Source: Leptolyngbyaceae cyanobacterium clean351 (lineage in GTDB: Bacteria; Cyanobacteriota; Cyanobacteriia; DAIDHW01). From it: a stretch of 64,000 nt of DNA. The translations under genes were made by a program, and so were the position numbers. How positions within the stretch are numbered: position 1 is the first letter of the stretch; each line of letters opens with the position of its first letter. Below are positions 18,567 through 27,360 of the stretch, in pieces. The notes under the pieces are model-generated. The model did not search any database, was not told where the DNA came from, and saw only the letters and a program-made list of their open reading frames with translations. Location: NCBI GenBank assembly GCA_027451865.1, contig DAIDHW010000001.1, positions 1,063,329 to 1,127,328 of the forward strand, given 5' to 3'.

Positions 18567-19064
18567 TTAGGGGCGAGCGGGGGGCAGAAGATTATGGGTG
18601 ATCGGGATGACTAGCTTTTGGCCAATCTGTAGGCGACCGGGGTCTGGTTGGAGTTGGGGGTTGGCCTGATAGATGGCCACGAAGGTGGTTAACTGCCCAA
18701 ATTTGGCCGCGATGGCACTCAGGTTATCCCCGGGCTGGACTAGGTAAACCACCTGGGGGGGGGCAAGTTTGCGGGCGGGGGGGCGGGGGGCAACGGTCGG
18801 AGGAGAGACGTGACTTACCTGATGGGAAATCACGACTGCCAGGGGAGCCGGGGGGACCCGGAGGCGCAGTGTAGCCCACACCGCCAGGACCACTGCTAGA
18901 GGGAGCACTACCCAGGGGGTCAGGTTAGTCCTGGTAAGGACGGGGGGGGGTGCAAACTGGGGCAACTGAGCCAGACTAACCAGGGCTGTCAAGTCAGCAT
19001 CACAGTTAGGGCAGTGGGTGTGCTCTACCTGCTGATAGCCGCACACTGGACAGTCAAGGCTCAT
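18567..19064 (-). CDS. Zinc-ribbon / transmembrane / LysM protein
   Basis: CPVC...CPNC, TM WVVLPLAVVLAVWATL, Pro-rich linker, LysM YLVQPGDNLSAIAAKF...IYQANPQL...LQIGQKLVIP. ATGA overlap with the Hsp70 gene. Confidence 0.88.
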   Translation of the reverse strand: MSLDCPVCGYQQVEHTHCPNCDADLTALVSLAQLPQFAPPPVLTRTNLTPWVVLPLAVVLAVWATLRLRVPPAPLAVVISHQVSHVSPPTVAPRPPARKLAPPQVVYLVQPGDNLSAIAAKFGQLTTFVAIYQANPQLQPDPGRLQIGQKLVIPITHNLLPPARP

Positions 19065-21298
19065 CTCCTAATCCCCTTCTGAACTACTTGGCCTGGAGAG
19101 GTTTGGCTGAAGCTAGGTTCTAGTTCTCGGCACAGCTCCAGGAGCGGCTGCGCATCCCCAGCGTTAAAGGCTCTCATGGCCTGCTCAAACCGGAACTCTA
19201 ACTGTTGAGCCCGGGCCGGGTCGCTCCCCTCCACCCTCGCAATCCCCTCGAGGCACAGTACGGGGAGGTGAGCCTCCGGGGCTAGAGAGTCGATTTCCCG
19301 CTCTACATCTTGAGCCAGTTTTTCGGTCCCTCCCCAATCCCGTCGCTCCTGGGCAGCCTCGAGCTGGGTTTGGAGCTTGCGCAACCGGTCCTGCTGGGGG
19401 GACCCAATCAGCCGGTCACTCAGGTCGAGGTAGTTTCGAGTGCGTCTGGCCCAAAAAGCTGCTTCAATTCGAGCATCAGAGAGCTCCCACTCCAATTTGC
19501 CGTACTCATCACGGGCTTTTTGCAGCATGTCGGGGCGCTCTCGACCGCTCTCATCAATAATCTGACTGGCGGCCTTGATCACCGCCGCCGCCATTTCAGC
19601 CGCCTTCTGGGCCCCAAAACTGGTGAGCCGTCCCTCTTCATTGAGCTCATCAATAAAGCTTTCAAGATCCCGGTAGACCTTCTCGTCAGCTTGACCCCGG
19701 GAAAACCGGCAACTTACCTTGGAGGATGGGTCCTGCTTGAGGCTGGCAGTGATCTGTAGGGGGCTACTCTGCTCATCTAGTTCTAGGAGCACGACCACGG
19801 CGGTGCCAGCGGGATGATTATCTTCTAGTCCTAGCCACAGCTGCCCTACCTCCTCCTCCACCGTAACCTGGTCAAGATTACTGCGCACCTCATCGGGACT
19901 GAGGAACTTTAACTGTACTATTCTTTGGTCATCCGCCACGGTACGGAAGGTTTTCTGCTGGCGCACCGGCAGAATATCCCCTTTACTAATCACCTTTTCC
20001 ATACTCCCATCAGCCAGCTGGATGAAGTAGTCGCGGGAGACGGTGGAGGTCTTATCTACCATCCCAGCTGCCACGATCGCGGCTCCCTCCGCCACAGCGT
20101 ACATGGGCCGGGGGTGGCTAACTACCTTGTCGCTGCCAAAGGCGGCCCGGACCTGCTGTTGAACGTAGGGGATTTGGGAGGAACCCCCCACCAACAGCAC
20201 CGCATCCACCAGGTCCGGAGTATATTCGGAAATATTGATCGCCTCGTGGCAGATCTGAATCGTCCGCTGCACTTGGGCTGCAATCATCTCCTCAAGCCGG
20301 GTGCGGGTCAGCTCTACCTGCACAGGGATGATCATGCCGGCTTCCTTCAGGGGTGAATCGGGGTTTACCAGAACTTTGGTCTGGGTGCTAAGGTCGATTT
20401 TGGCTTTTTCAGCTGCCCTCCTCAGGTCCGCCTGAAACCGCACCCGGTCGTGGAAGGGCATCTGGGTAATTACCTGGTCCACGGCGGCTGCATTTTCCCA
20501 GCCCTCCTCTTCGGCAATTTTTTGCTTCACGTAGTTGACTATCTGTAAGTCAATGTCATCTCCTCCCAGCCACAGGTCCCCAGCCTTGCCCTGCTCAAGA
20601 AATTGGGTGCCGGCGCAGGTGATCACCGAGGCATCAAAGGTACCTCCACCGTAGTCGTACACTAGGATGGTTTTGACCTCAGCACTATCGGGGCTAAATC
20701 CGTAGGAAATTGCTGCCGCCGTCGGTTCCGCTAGCAATTCTAGGGGTGTAATTCCCGCTAACAAAGCCGCATCCCGGGTGGCCGATCGTTGCTTGTCATT
20801 GAAGTAAGCCGGGATAGTAATCACCGCCTGGTCAATCACATCCCCTCGGTAACCCGGCCGCTCCCGCAAGGCCGCTTGGCCGTTAGCTACTACCTGCTTG
20901 AGAATGGCCGCGGAGATTTCCTCCGGCCGGTACTCCCGTTGGGGCTGGCCCGCAAAAAATACTACTAAGCTATTCTCAGTGCCATCCCTGGGAGCGGCAA
21001 TTTTGTAGCCTACCCGGGCTTTCTGGGTAGCCACCGCCTCTTCCCCAAACCCCCGGCCCATTAGACGCTTGATCGAGGTAATCACGTTCCCGGGGTCACT
21101 CCCTAGGTAATTGTAGGCGGTTTCCCCCACCACTAGTTCAGGCTTCTCCTTGAGCCAGGCCACCATCGAACGGGTCAGCTTACGCTCCGGCACTGAGTTA
21201 GTGGCGGCAGTCACCACCTCGGGGTCCTGGTCAATCACAAACTTGAAAGCGCCGACGGAATTAGTGGTGCCGAGATCGATACCGATCGATTTACCCAT
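19061..21298 (-). CDS. Atypical Hsp70-family protein
   Basis: GIDLGTTNS, SIKRLMGR, TIPAYFND, EPTAAA, DYGGGTFD, LGGDDID, LLVGGSSQIP. C-terminal half is unlike DnaK. Start at ATG 21298. Confidence 0.93.
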   Translation of the reverse strand: MGKSIGIDLGTTNSVGAFKFVIDQDPEVVTAATNSVPERKLTRSMVAWLKEKPELVVGETAYNYLGSDPGNVITSIKRLMGRGFGEEAVATQKARVGYKIAAPRDGTENSLVVFFAGQPQREYRPEEISAAILKQVVANGQAALRERPGYRGDVIDQAVITIPAYFNDKQRSATRDAALLAGITPLELLAEPTAAAISYGFSPDSAEVKTILVYDYGGGTFDASVITCAGTQFLEQGKAGDLWLGGDDIDLQIVNYVKQKIAEEEGWENAAAVDQVITQMPFHDRVRFQADLRRAAEKAKIDLSTQTKVLVNPDSPLKEAGMIIPVQVELTRTRLEEMIAAQVQRTIQICHEAINISEYTPDLVDAVLLVGGSSQIPYVQQQVRAAFGSDKVVSHPRPMYAVAEGAAIVAAGMVDKTSTVSRDYFIQLADGSMEKVISKGDILPVRQQKTFRTVADDQRIVQLKFLSPDEVRSNLDQVTVEEEVGQLWLGLEDNHPAGTAVVVLLELDEQSSPLQITASLKQDPSSKVSCRFSRGQADEKVYRDLESFIDELNEEGRLTSFGAQKAAEMAAAVIKAASQIIDESGRERPDMLQKARDEYGKLEWELSDARIEAAFWARRTRNYLDLSDRLIGSPQQDRLRKLQTQLEAAQERRDWGGTEKLAQDVEREIDSLAPEAHLPVLCLEGIARVEGSDPARAQQLEFRFEQAMRAFNAGDAQPLLELCRELEPSFSQTSPGQVVQKGIRR

Positions 21299-21608
21299 GG
21301 TGTTTAGCGTGGTGGGAATGGCAGGGGTCAATACCCCACCGGGGGGAATTGCCCTGTATTATAACCCTCCCCCCCGGAATGTGTACATAAAGCCTAGGAT
21401 GACAAATGTATTTACCAGTAGGGGCATCCTGCCCGCTGTAATTAAGGCGTAGCAAGAGTTAACAAAACCTGAATCGGCCGGGAGAAGTCTGTTATATCTA
21501 GGATGCACCGGGTCAAGGCCTTGGACACCACCCCTGACCCGGCGGCCCGTGGCTCCCCTCTAGCTGGACCTATAACCCTCTAGGATGTCCTATTTACTTT
21601 ACTAGTTC

Positions 21609-21887
21609 ATGCAAAACCCCGTAGATCCGATTCTTGACCCTGGCACGCTCCTGCACACGGATACCCCAGACCTACGCGGAACCCTCCTAGAATTCCTTGA
21701 TTATCTCCAGGGAGACCCCCAGGCGCCGGCACAAATCCTAGAGACTTCTACAACCCAGGCGGAGATCCAGGCCCATGCCCAGCAACTCTCCTACCGGCGA
21801 GCCTGGCTGAGTGCCCTGCTCGCTGAAACAGAGCGAGAACTAGCGGTGGTCGAGCGCATTCTGGGCCAACAGGTTCCCCCTGCTTAA
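21609..21887 (+). CDS. Hypothetical protein (C-terminal coiled coil)
   Basis: 92-aa ORF with ATG start, ending 19 bp before the Rieske gene, no competing gene on either strand. Confidence 0.6.
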   Translation: MQNPVDPILDPGTLLHTDTPDLRGTLLEFLDYLQGDPQAPAQILETSTTQAEIQAHAQQLSYRRAWLSALLAETERELAVVERILGQQVPPA

Positions 21888-21906
21888 CCTCCTCCCCTCT
21901 TGCCCC

Positions 21907-23001
21907 ATGAAACCTCTCATCCCAGTCGCCTCCTACACAGACCCCGCCATCTTTAAGCAGGAGCAGGCCCGCCTGTTTAACTCCCTGTGGATGTTTGCTG
22001 GCTTTACTAAGGATCTAGCCCAGTCCCAAGACTACGTCACGCGCAACATTGCCGGACAACAGGTGTTTGTCCAAAACTTCCAAGGGCAGCTGCGCGCCTT
22101 TGATAACGTTTGCTCCCATCGCTTTAGCCTGATCCACCAGCAGCTGGTTGGTCATGGAGCCGTCCAATGCCCCTACCACAGCTGGACCTACAACCAGGAA
22201 GGCATTCCCGTAGGAATTCCTCACCTAGAGGAGTTCCCCAACTTTTCCGAGGCTGACCGCTGCAGGCTGCGACTGCGGGAGTGGCAGGTAGAGGTATGCG
22301 GCCAGTTTGTGTTTGTCAAAGCTCCCGGCAGCCAATTCTCCGGGGGCCTAAGGGAGTTTCTCGGCCCCGCCTGGGACATCCTGACCACTTTCTCAGCGGG
22401 GATGGGCAATCAGTTGGACCGCTACCCGATGCGGATCCGGGCTAACTGGAAGGTAGTAGTCGAAAACACCCTGGAGAGTTATCACATTTGGTCTGTGCAC
22501 AGTGAATCCCTGGCTAAACATGGTCCGGTAGAGGAGAACTTTAACCTATACCCCCACCACTCCCTCTACCGCAGTCAGCCCCGCAAAACTCCCCCCAAAA
22601 CCCGCAAATTCCTAGCCACCTTCAAAGACCGCCAATTAGAGCTAGAGGGGTACCAACACTGCCTAATTTTCCCCCTATTAACCTTGGCGACGTTTTCTGG
22701 TTTGTCCTTGAGTGTGCACGTGATCAATCCCCAAAGCCCCGGGGAAACCCAAGCCACTAACTATACCTTTTGCGGCCGGCTTAAGGACCCTAGTTACGAG
22801 AAAATCCTCCAGGACATGAGCGGTCAATCCGCTGCAGCCTTGACCCGACAGGCCTGGCAGGAGGACCGCCCAATCTGTGTTCTAGTCCAACAGGGAATTG
22901 CCTCCCTAGACCAGAATCAGCCTAGGGAGGGGATCTTTAGCCAGGAAGAACAACGGGTGTATCACTTCCACCAGGCTTACATGGCCGCCATGGCCTCCTA
23001 G
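21907..23001 (+). CDS. Rieske aromatic ring-hydroxylating oxygenase alpha subunit
   Basis: Rieske ligands CSH...CPYH, mononuclear-Fe motif ENTLESYHIWSVH, C-terminal EDRPIC..VQQG. Confidence 0.9.
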   Translation: MKPLIPVASYTDPAIFKQEQARLFNSLWMFAGFTKDLAQSQDYVTRNIAGQQVFVQNFQGQLRAFDNVCSHRFSLIHQQLVGHGAVQCPYHSWTYNQEGIPVGIPHLEEFPNFSEADRCRLRLREWQVEVCGQFVFVKAPGSQFSGGLREFLGPAWDILTTFSAGMGNQLDRYPMRIRANWKVVVENTLESYHIWSVHSESLAKHGPVEENFNLYPHHSLYRSQPRKTPPKTRKFLATFKDRQLELEGYQHCLIFPLLTLATFSGLSLSVHVINPQSPGETQATNYTFCGRLKDPSYEKILQDMSGQSAAALTRQAWQEDRPICVLVQQGIASLDQNQPREGIFSQEEQRVYHFHQAYMAAMAS

Positions 23002-25652
23002 CCCTCAGCCCAAGTAACCAAGCCCATTTCGTAGGGATTGCTCAAGCGCTGGTCACACGGTAACACCCGTAGGGAAAAACCCTGGAGGCCACTGTTAGCG
23101 TAGGTGATTTGGACACTGTAAACCAGTTCACCGTGGTCGGTTTGGCCTTTGTATTCCATCCGAACCACTGAACCGGCTACAATCTCCGTGTTGGTCCCCA
23201 GCGCTCCCTGGTACAGCTCCACCCTCACATCTGCTGGCTGGAGAGCCCCGAGACTGACGTGGGCAGTGACGGCGATGCTCTGGTTCACCTGGACCTCGGC
23301 GGGGTAATTAGCCGTAGGCTGGTGGACGTTGCCTACTGCTACATCCACACTCGTTATCTTGACCTCTCGCCAGTGCTGGCTAACGTAGGTTTTCCACTGG
23401 GCCAGGCCCCGGGCGGCAGCATGCTGGTCGGCTCGCATCTGCTGACACCGGTCACTAGCGGGAAAATAGCCCCGCTGGGCGTACTCTCCCACCATGCGGG
23501 CGGTGTTGAAGTGAGGGCAGTTAAGCTGAATGGCATCCTTCATCTTGGCAATCCAGCCCCGCGGCAAACCCTCCGGGTCGCGACTATAGAACAAGGGGAT
23601 CACCTCCTGTTCGAGGAGGTCGTAGAGGGCGTTAGCCTCAATCGTGTCTTGATACTCCTGGTCTTGGTAGTCCTCCCCATGGCCAATGGACCAACCCGTG
23701 CGGATATAGTCAGCCTCATCCCACCAGCCATCTAGCACGCTCAAGTTAGGCAGACCATTCATCGAGGCCTTCATACCGCTAGTGCCAGAGGCTTCCCGGG
23801 GACGACGGGGGTTATTGAGCCACACATCACAGCCAGCCACCATCAACCGGTTAACGTGGATGTCGTAGTCGGCGATGAACACCACACTGTGACGCATACC
23901 TTCTTCCCGGATGAAGCGGATGATATCCCGAATCAACTCCTTCCCGGGAACGTCCATGGGGTGGGCTTTGCCAGCGAACACAAACTGGACTAGACGCTTT
24001 TTGCCCTCGAGCATGCCGCCCTTGAACCTTTCCTTATGGAAATCCAAGATGATCCGTTTAATCCGGTCTAGATCCCGCAGGAACAAATTGGCACGCTTGT
24101 AGGTGGCGAAGCGGCGGGCAAACCCGATCGTCAGTACGGAGGGATCGAGTACCTCTTGGGCCTGGAGGATTTCCGCCGGGGAAGCCCCCCGCTCCCGCAG
24201 CCGCCGCTTGAGGTGCTCCCGGATAAAGAGCACCAACTCCAGCCGACAGCGCTCGTGGTTACGCCACAGCTCCTCATCAGGGATGGACTTGATCCGCTCC
24301 CACAGGGGATTCTCCGGCAAGACTTCCGACCAGTTGGGACCGAGATAACGGTCGTAGAGGTCTTGGGTGGACTTGGCCACACAACTGCGAGCGTGAACCC
24401 CATTGGTGATGGAGGTAATTGGTACCTCCGGCACCGGCAGGCCGGGCCAGAGCTCTTGGAACATGTCCCGGGAGACATGGCCGTGGAGTCGGCTCACCCC
24501 ATTGATAAAGGAAGCCATTTGAATAGCCAGGATGGCCATACTAAAAGGGGCGGCCGTATCTCCAGACCGAGCCCTACCCAAAGCCAGGAACTCCTCTCGG
24601 GTCAGCCCGAAAGTCTCGGCGTAGTGCCCCAAATAGTACATAATTTTGTCGGGCGGGAATAGGTCAATACCCGCAGGCACAGGGGTATGGGTGGTAAACA
24701 ATTGGCTGGCCTTGGCCACCTGTAGGGCCTCGTGGAAGCGCAGCCCCTCTTCCTGGATCATGTGGCGAATCCGCTCTAGGGACAGGAAGGCCGAGTGGCC
24801 CTCATTCATGTGGTAGGCGGTGACGTTTAATCCCAAAGCCCGGAGCATCTTGACGCCGCCAATCCCCAGAACTATTTCCTGGTGAATTCGCATGTCCAAG
24901 TCTCCCCCGTAGAGCTGGTCAGTGATGTCCTGGTCGTAGGGGTTATTTTCCGGCAGGTTGGTATCGAGGAGGTAGAGCGGCACGTTGCCCACCTGGACTC
25001 GCCAGACCCGGGCATGCACCTGGCGGCCCGGCAAATCTAAACTAATCCGCAGCTCCTTGCCCTCGGCCTGGAATTCCTGGTGGAGAGGCATGTTGTAAAA
25101 GTCGTTGACCGGGTAGTTTTCCTGCTGCCACCCATCAGCTCCCAGGTGTTGGGAAAAATAGCCTTTCTGGTAGAGCAAACCCACCCCCACCAAAGGCAAG
25201 CCCAAGTCACTAGCGGACTTGAGATGGTCGCCAGCTAGTACCCCCAAGCCCCCCGAGTAGATGGGCAGACAGTCTACCAACCCAAATTCAGCCGAAAAGT
25301 AGGCGTAGCAATCCTGCTGCCGGGGGCGCTGCCGATGGTACCAATTGGGAGTGCGATTTACCTCATCGGTGACTCGGTCAGCTAGGTAGTCCTGGAGCTG
25401 CCGCGCCGCCCGGTCCATCTGGGCCAGAAATCCCTCATCTTCGGTTACCTCCCGCAGGCGATCTTGGCTGATAGTGCCGAGCATCAGCACTGGATTGTGG
25501 CGGCTGGCATCCCACAGGTCATGGTCCAGACGACGAAACAGTTCCTTAGCCTCCACATTCCAGTCCCAGTAGAGGTTGTGGGCCAACTTGCGCAGGGGCT
25601 CTAGGCGGGGGGGTAAACTGGGGGAGACATTGAAAGTGCGAATTGGATGCAT
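22998..25652 (-). CDS. glgP: Alpha-glucan (glycogen) phosphorylase
   Basis: YFSAEFG, YSGGLGVLAGDHLKSASDLG, MNEGH, GFARRFATYKR, PLP motif EASGTSGMKA. Confidence 0.96.
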   Translation of the reverse strand: MHPIRTFNVSPSLPPRLEPLRKLAHNLYWDWNVEAKELFRRLDHDLWDASRHNPVLMLGTISQDRLREVTEDEGFLAQMDRAARQLQDYLADRVTDEVNRTPNWYHRQRPRQQDCYAYFSAEFGLVDCLPIYSGGLGVLAGDHLKSASDLGLPLVGVGLLYQKGYFSQHLGADGWQQENYPVNDFYNMPLHQEFQAEGKELRISLDLPGRQVHARVWRVQVGNVPLYLLDTNLPENNPYDQDITDQLYGGDLDMRIHQEIVLGIGGVKMLRALGLNVTAYHMNEGHSAFLSLERIRHMIQEEGLRFHEALQVAKASQLFTTHTPVPAGIDLFPPDKIMYYLGHYAETFGLTREEFLALGRARSGDTAAPFSMAILAIQMASFINGVSRLHGHVSRDMFQELWPGLPVPEVPITSITNGVHARSCVAKSTQDLYDRYLGPNWSEVLPENPLWERIKSIPDEELWRNHERCRLELVLFIREHLKRRLRERGASPAEILQAQEVLDPSVLTIGFARRFATYKRANLFLRDLDRIKRIILDFHKERFKGGMLEGKKRLVQFVFAGKAHPMDVPGKELIRDIIRFIREEGMRHSVVFIADYDIHVNRLMVAGCDVWLNNPRRPREASGTSGMKASMNGLPNLSVLDGWWDEADYIRTGWSIGHGEDYQDQEYQDTIEANALYDLLEQEVIPLFYSRDPEGLPRGWIAKMKDAIQLNCPHFNTARMVGEYAQRGYFPASDRCQQMRADQHAAARGLAQWKTYVSQHWREVKITSVDVAVGNVHQPTANYPAEVQVNQSIAVTAHVSLGALQPADVRVELYQGALGTNTEIVAGSVVRMEYKGQTDHGELVYSVQITYANSGLQGFSLRVLPCDQRLSNPYEMGLVTWAEG

Positions 25653-25779
25653 AGATTCTTGGGCAGAGGAGTAAATAAATTCTGCACCCAGTTTGATCCA
25701 AACTGAGTTTGTCTTAATACTGTCTTAGGTCCACGTGATGACCACGACAGTCTGTAGAACACCCCCCTATTCTAGGAAC

Positions 25780-26709
25780 ATGACCTCGGCTTTCTTCCCC
25801 ATTCCCGATCCTCCTCCTGATTTCAAGTCAGGATTTGTAGCCATTGTGGGACGGCCTAACGTCGGGAAGTCGACCCTCGTCAACAGTCTGGTGGGTCATA
25901 AGATTGCCATCACCTCCCCTACCGCTCAGACTACCCGGCGGATGCTGCGGGGGATTTTGACCACTAGCACCGCCCAGATCGTTTTTTTGGATACTCCCGG
26001 CATTCACAAACCCCAACATCTGCTTGGTCAGGTCCTGGTAAAAAATGCCCTCACCGCCTTGGGGTTAGTAGACTCAGTGTTGTTTGTAGCGGACGGGTCA
26101 GGGGTAGTGGGGCGGGGAGACCTATACATTGCCGATCTATTAGCTAAGGTGGCGGTTCCGGTAGTAATGGGCCTGAACAAAGCCGACCTCCAGCCAACCG
26201 CCTGCGCTGAGCTAGACCGGGGATACCAGGAGTTGGCCGCGCGTCACCACTGGTCCCTTGTCAAGTTTTCGGCCTTGACAGGGGCAGGGCTGCTACCCCT
26301 GCAGGAGCAGTTGCTCACATTTCTGGAGCCGGGTCCCTACTACTACCCTCCCGATTGCCACACAGACCAGCCAGAAGTTTTGATCTTAGCAGAACTAATT
26401 CGGGAGCAGATCCTGCATCACACCCGTGCCGAAATCCCCCATGCGGTGGCGGTAGTCATTGACCAGCTGGAGGAAACACCTAAGATCACCCGAATTCTAG
26501 CTACTATTTATGTGGAGCGCCCCAGCCAACGGGCAATCCTCCTGGGGAAAGGCGGCCTGATGCTCAAGTCCATCGGCACCACGGCCCGCCAAGAAATCCA
26601 GAAGCTGATCTGTGGTCCGGTTTATCTGGAGCTATTCGTCAAAGTGCAACCCCACTGGCGCCAGTCGCCTGGCCAACTGGCAGAATTAGGCTACCGCGTA
26701 GAGTCCTAG
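25780..26709 (+). CDS. era: GTPase Era
   Basis: GRPNVGKST, AQTTR, DTPG, NKAD, KH-domain region. Start at ATG 25780. Confidence 0.96.
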   Translation: MTSAFFPIPDPPPDFKSGFVAIVGRPNVGKSTLVNSLVGHKIAITSPTAQTTRRMLRGILTTSTAQIVFLDTPGIHKPQHLLGQVLVKNALTALGLVDSVLFVADGSGVVGRGDLYIADLLAKVAVPVVMGLNKADLQPTACAELDRGYQELAARHHWSLVKFSALTGAGLLPLQEQLLTFLEPGPYYYPPDCHTDQPEVLILAELIREQILHHTRAEIPHAVAVVIDQLEETPKITRILATIYVERPSQRAILLGKGGLMLKSIGTTARQEIQKLICGPVYLELFVKVQPHWRQSPGQLAELGYRVES

Positions 26710-26799
26710 GGCAAGGTTTCCTCAATCAGGCTATCTATTGCCGGCCAGATTTGGTTACACTAAACCTCACATGGCGTTATTCAACAATGGGTTTTTGGG

Positions 26800-27345
26800 A
26801 TGGCCAGTGACCCCCCTGCCCCTTGGGGCCAACAATTGCGCAATCTAATTATCGTTTTGGTGGCCGTAGTGCTGACGGTTGCCTTAGCCCTGGGCCTAGA
26901 GGGTCAAGGGAGGGGAGTTTCTCTCAAAGCCTTAGCAGCAAACTCTATCCCCCTAGAGGTGGCTCTCACCAACGGCAAGCCGACCCTGATCGAGTTTTAT
27001 GCGGACTGGTGTACATCTTGCCAGGCCATGGCTAAGGACATGGCCGAGCTGGCATCCCGCTACCAAGACCGAGTCAATTTTGCTCTGCTAAACGTGGACA
27101 ATACTAAGTGGCTGCCGGAAATGCTCCACTATCAGGTAGATGGAGTGCCCCACTTTGTATTTTTGGACTCCCAGGCCACTGCCCTTGGCAGCGCCATCGG
27201 TGAGCAACCCCCCACAATTATGGCTGCCAACTTGGACGCTCTGCTGCACGGGGAGCGGCCCCCCTACCTCCAGACCGGTCACAGTTCCGACTTTGACCCC
27301 TTAGCTCCCTCGGGAGCTGCCGACCCGCGCAGTCACGGTGGCTAA
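26800..27345 (+). CDS. txlA: Membrane-anchored thioredoxin-like thiol:disulfide protein (TxlA/HCF164-like)
   Basis: N-terminal TM, EFYADWCTSC, DGVPHFVFL. Confidence 0.85.
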   Translation: MASDPPAPWGQQLRNLIIVLVAVVLTVALALGLEGQGRGVSLKALAANSIPLEVALTNGKPTLIEFYADWCTSCQAMAKDMAELASRYQDRVNFALLNVDNTKWLPEMLHYQVDGVPHFVFLDSQATALGSAIGEQPPTIMAANLDALLHGERPPYLQTGHSSDFDPLAPSGAADPRSHGG

Positions 27346-27360
27346 CTCTGGACCCTATTA

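Noticed and set aside
18755-18950. Two G9 tracts in the LysM gene as phase-variation switches
   Set aside because: They encode Pro runs in a Pro-rich linker, and 8-9 nt G/C runs also occur in ordinary genes (43160-43168, 49228-49235). Read-level data would be needed.
21408-21421. NtcA-like site GTA-N8-TAG upstream of the Hsp70 operon
   Set aside because: It mismatches the GTA-N8-TAC consensus and has no clearly spaced -10 element.
10580-23001. Prophage, integrative element or tRNA-anchored island
   Set aside because: No integrase, phage gene, tRNA or att-like direct repeat was seen. Only composition and gene content hint at acquisition.
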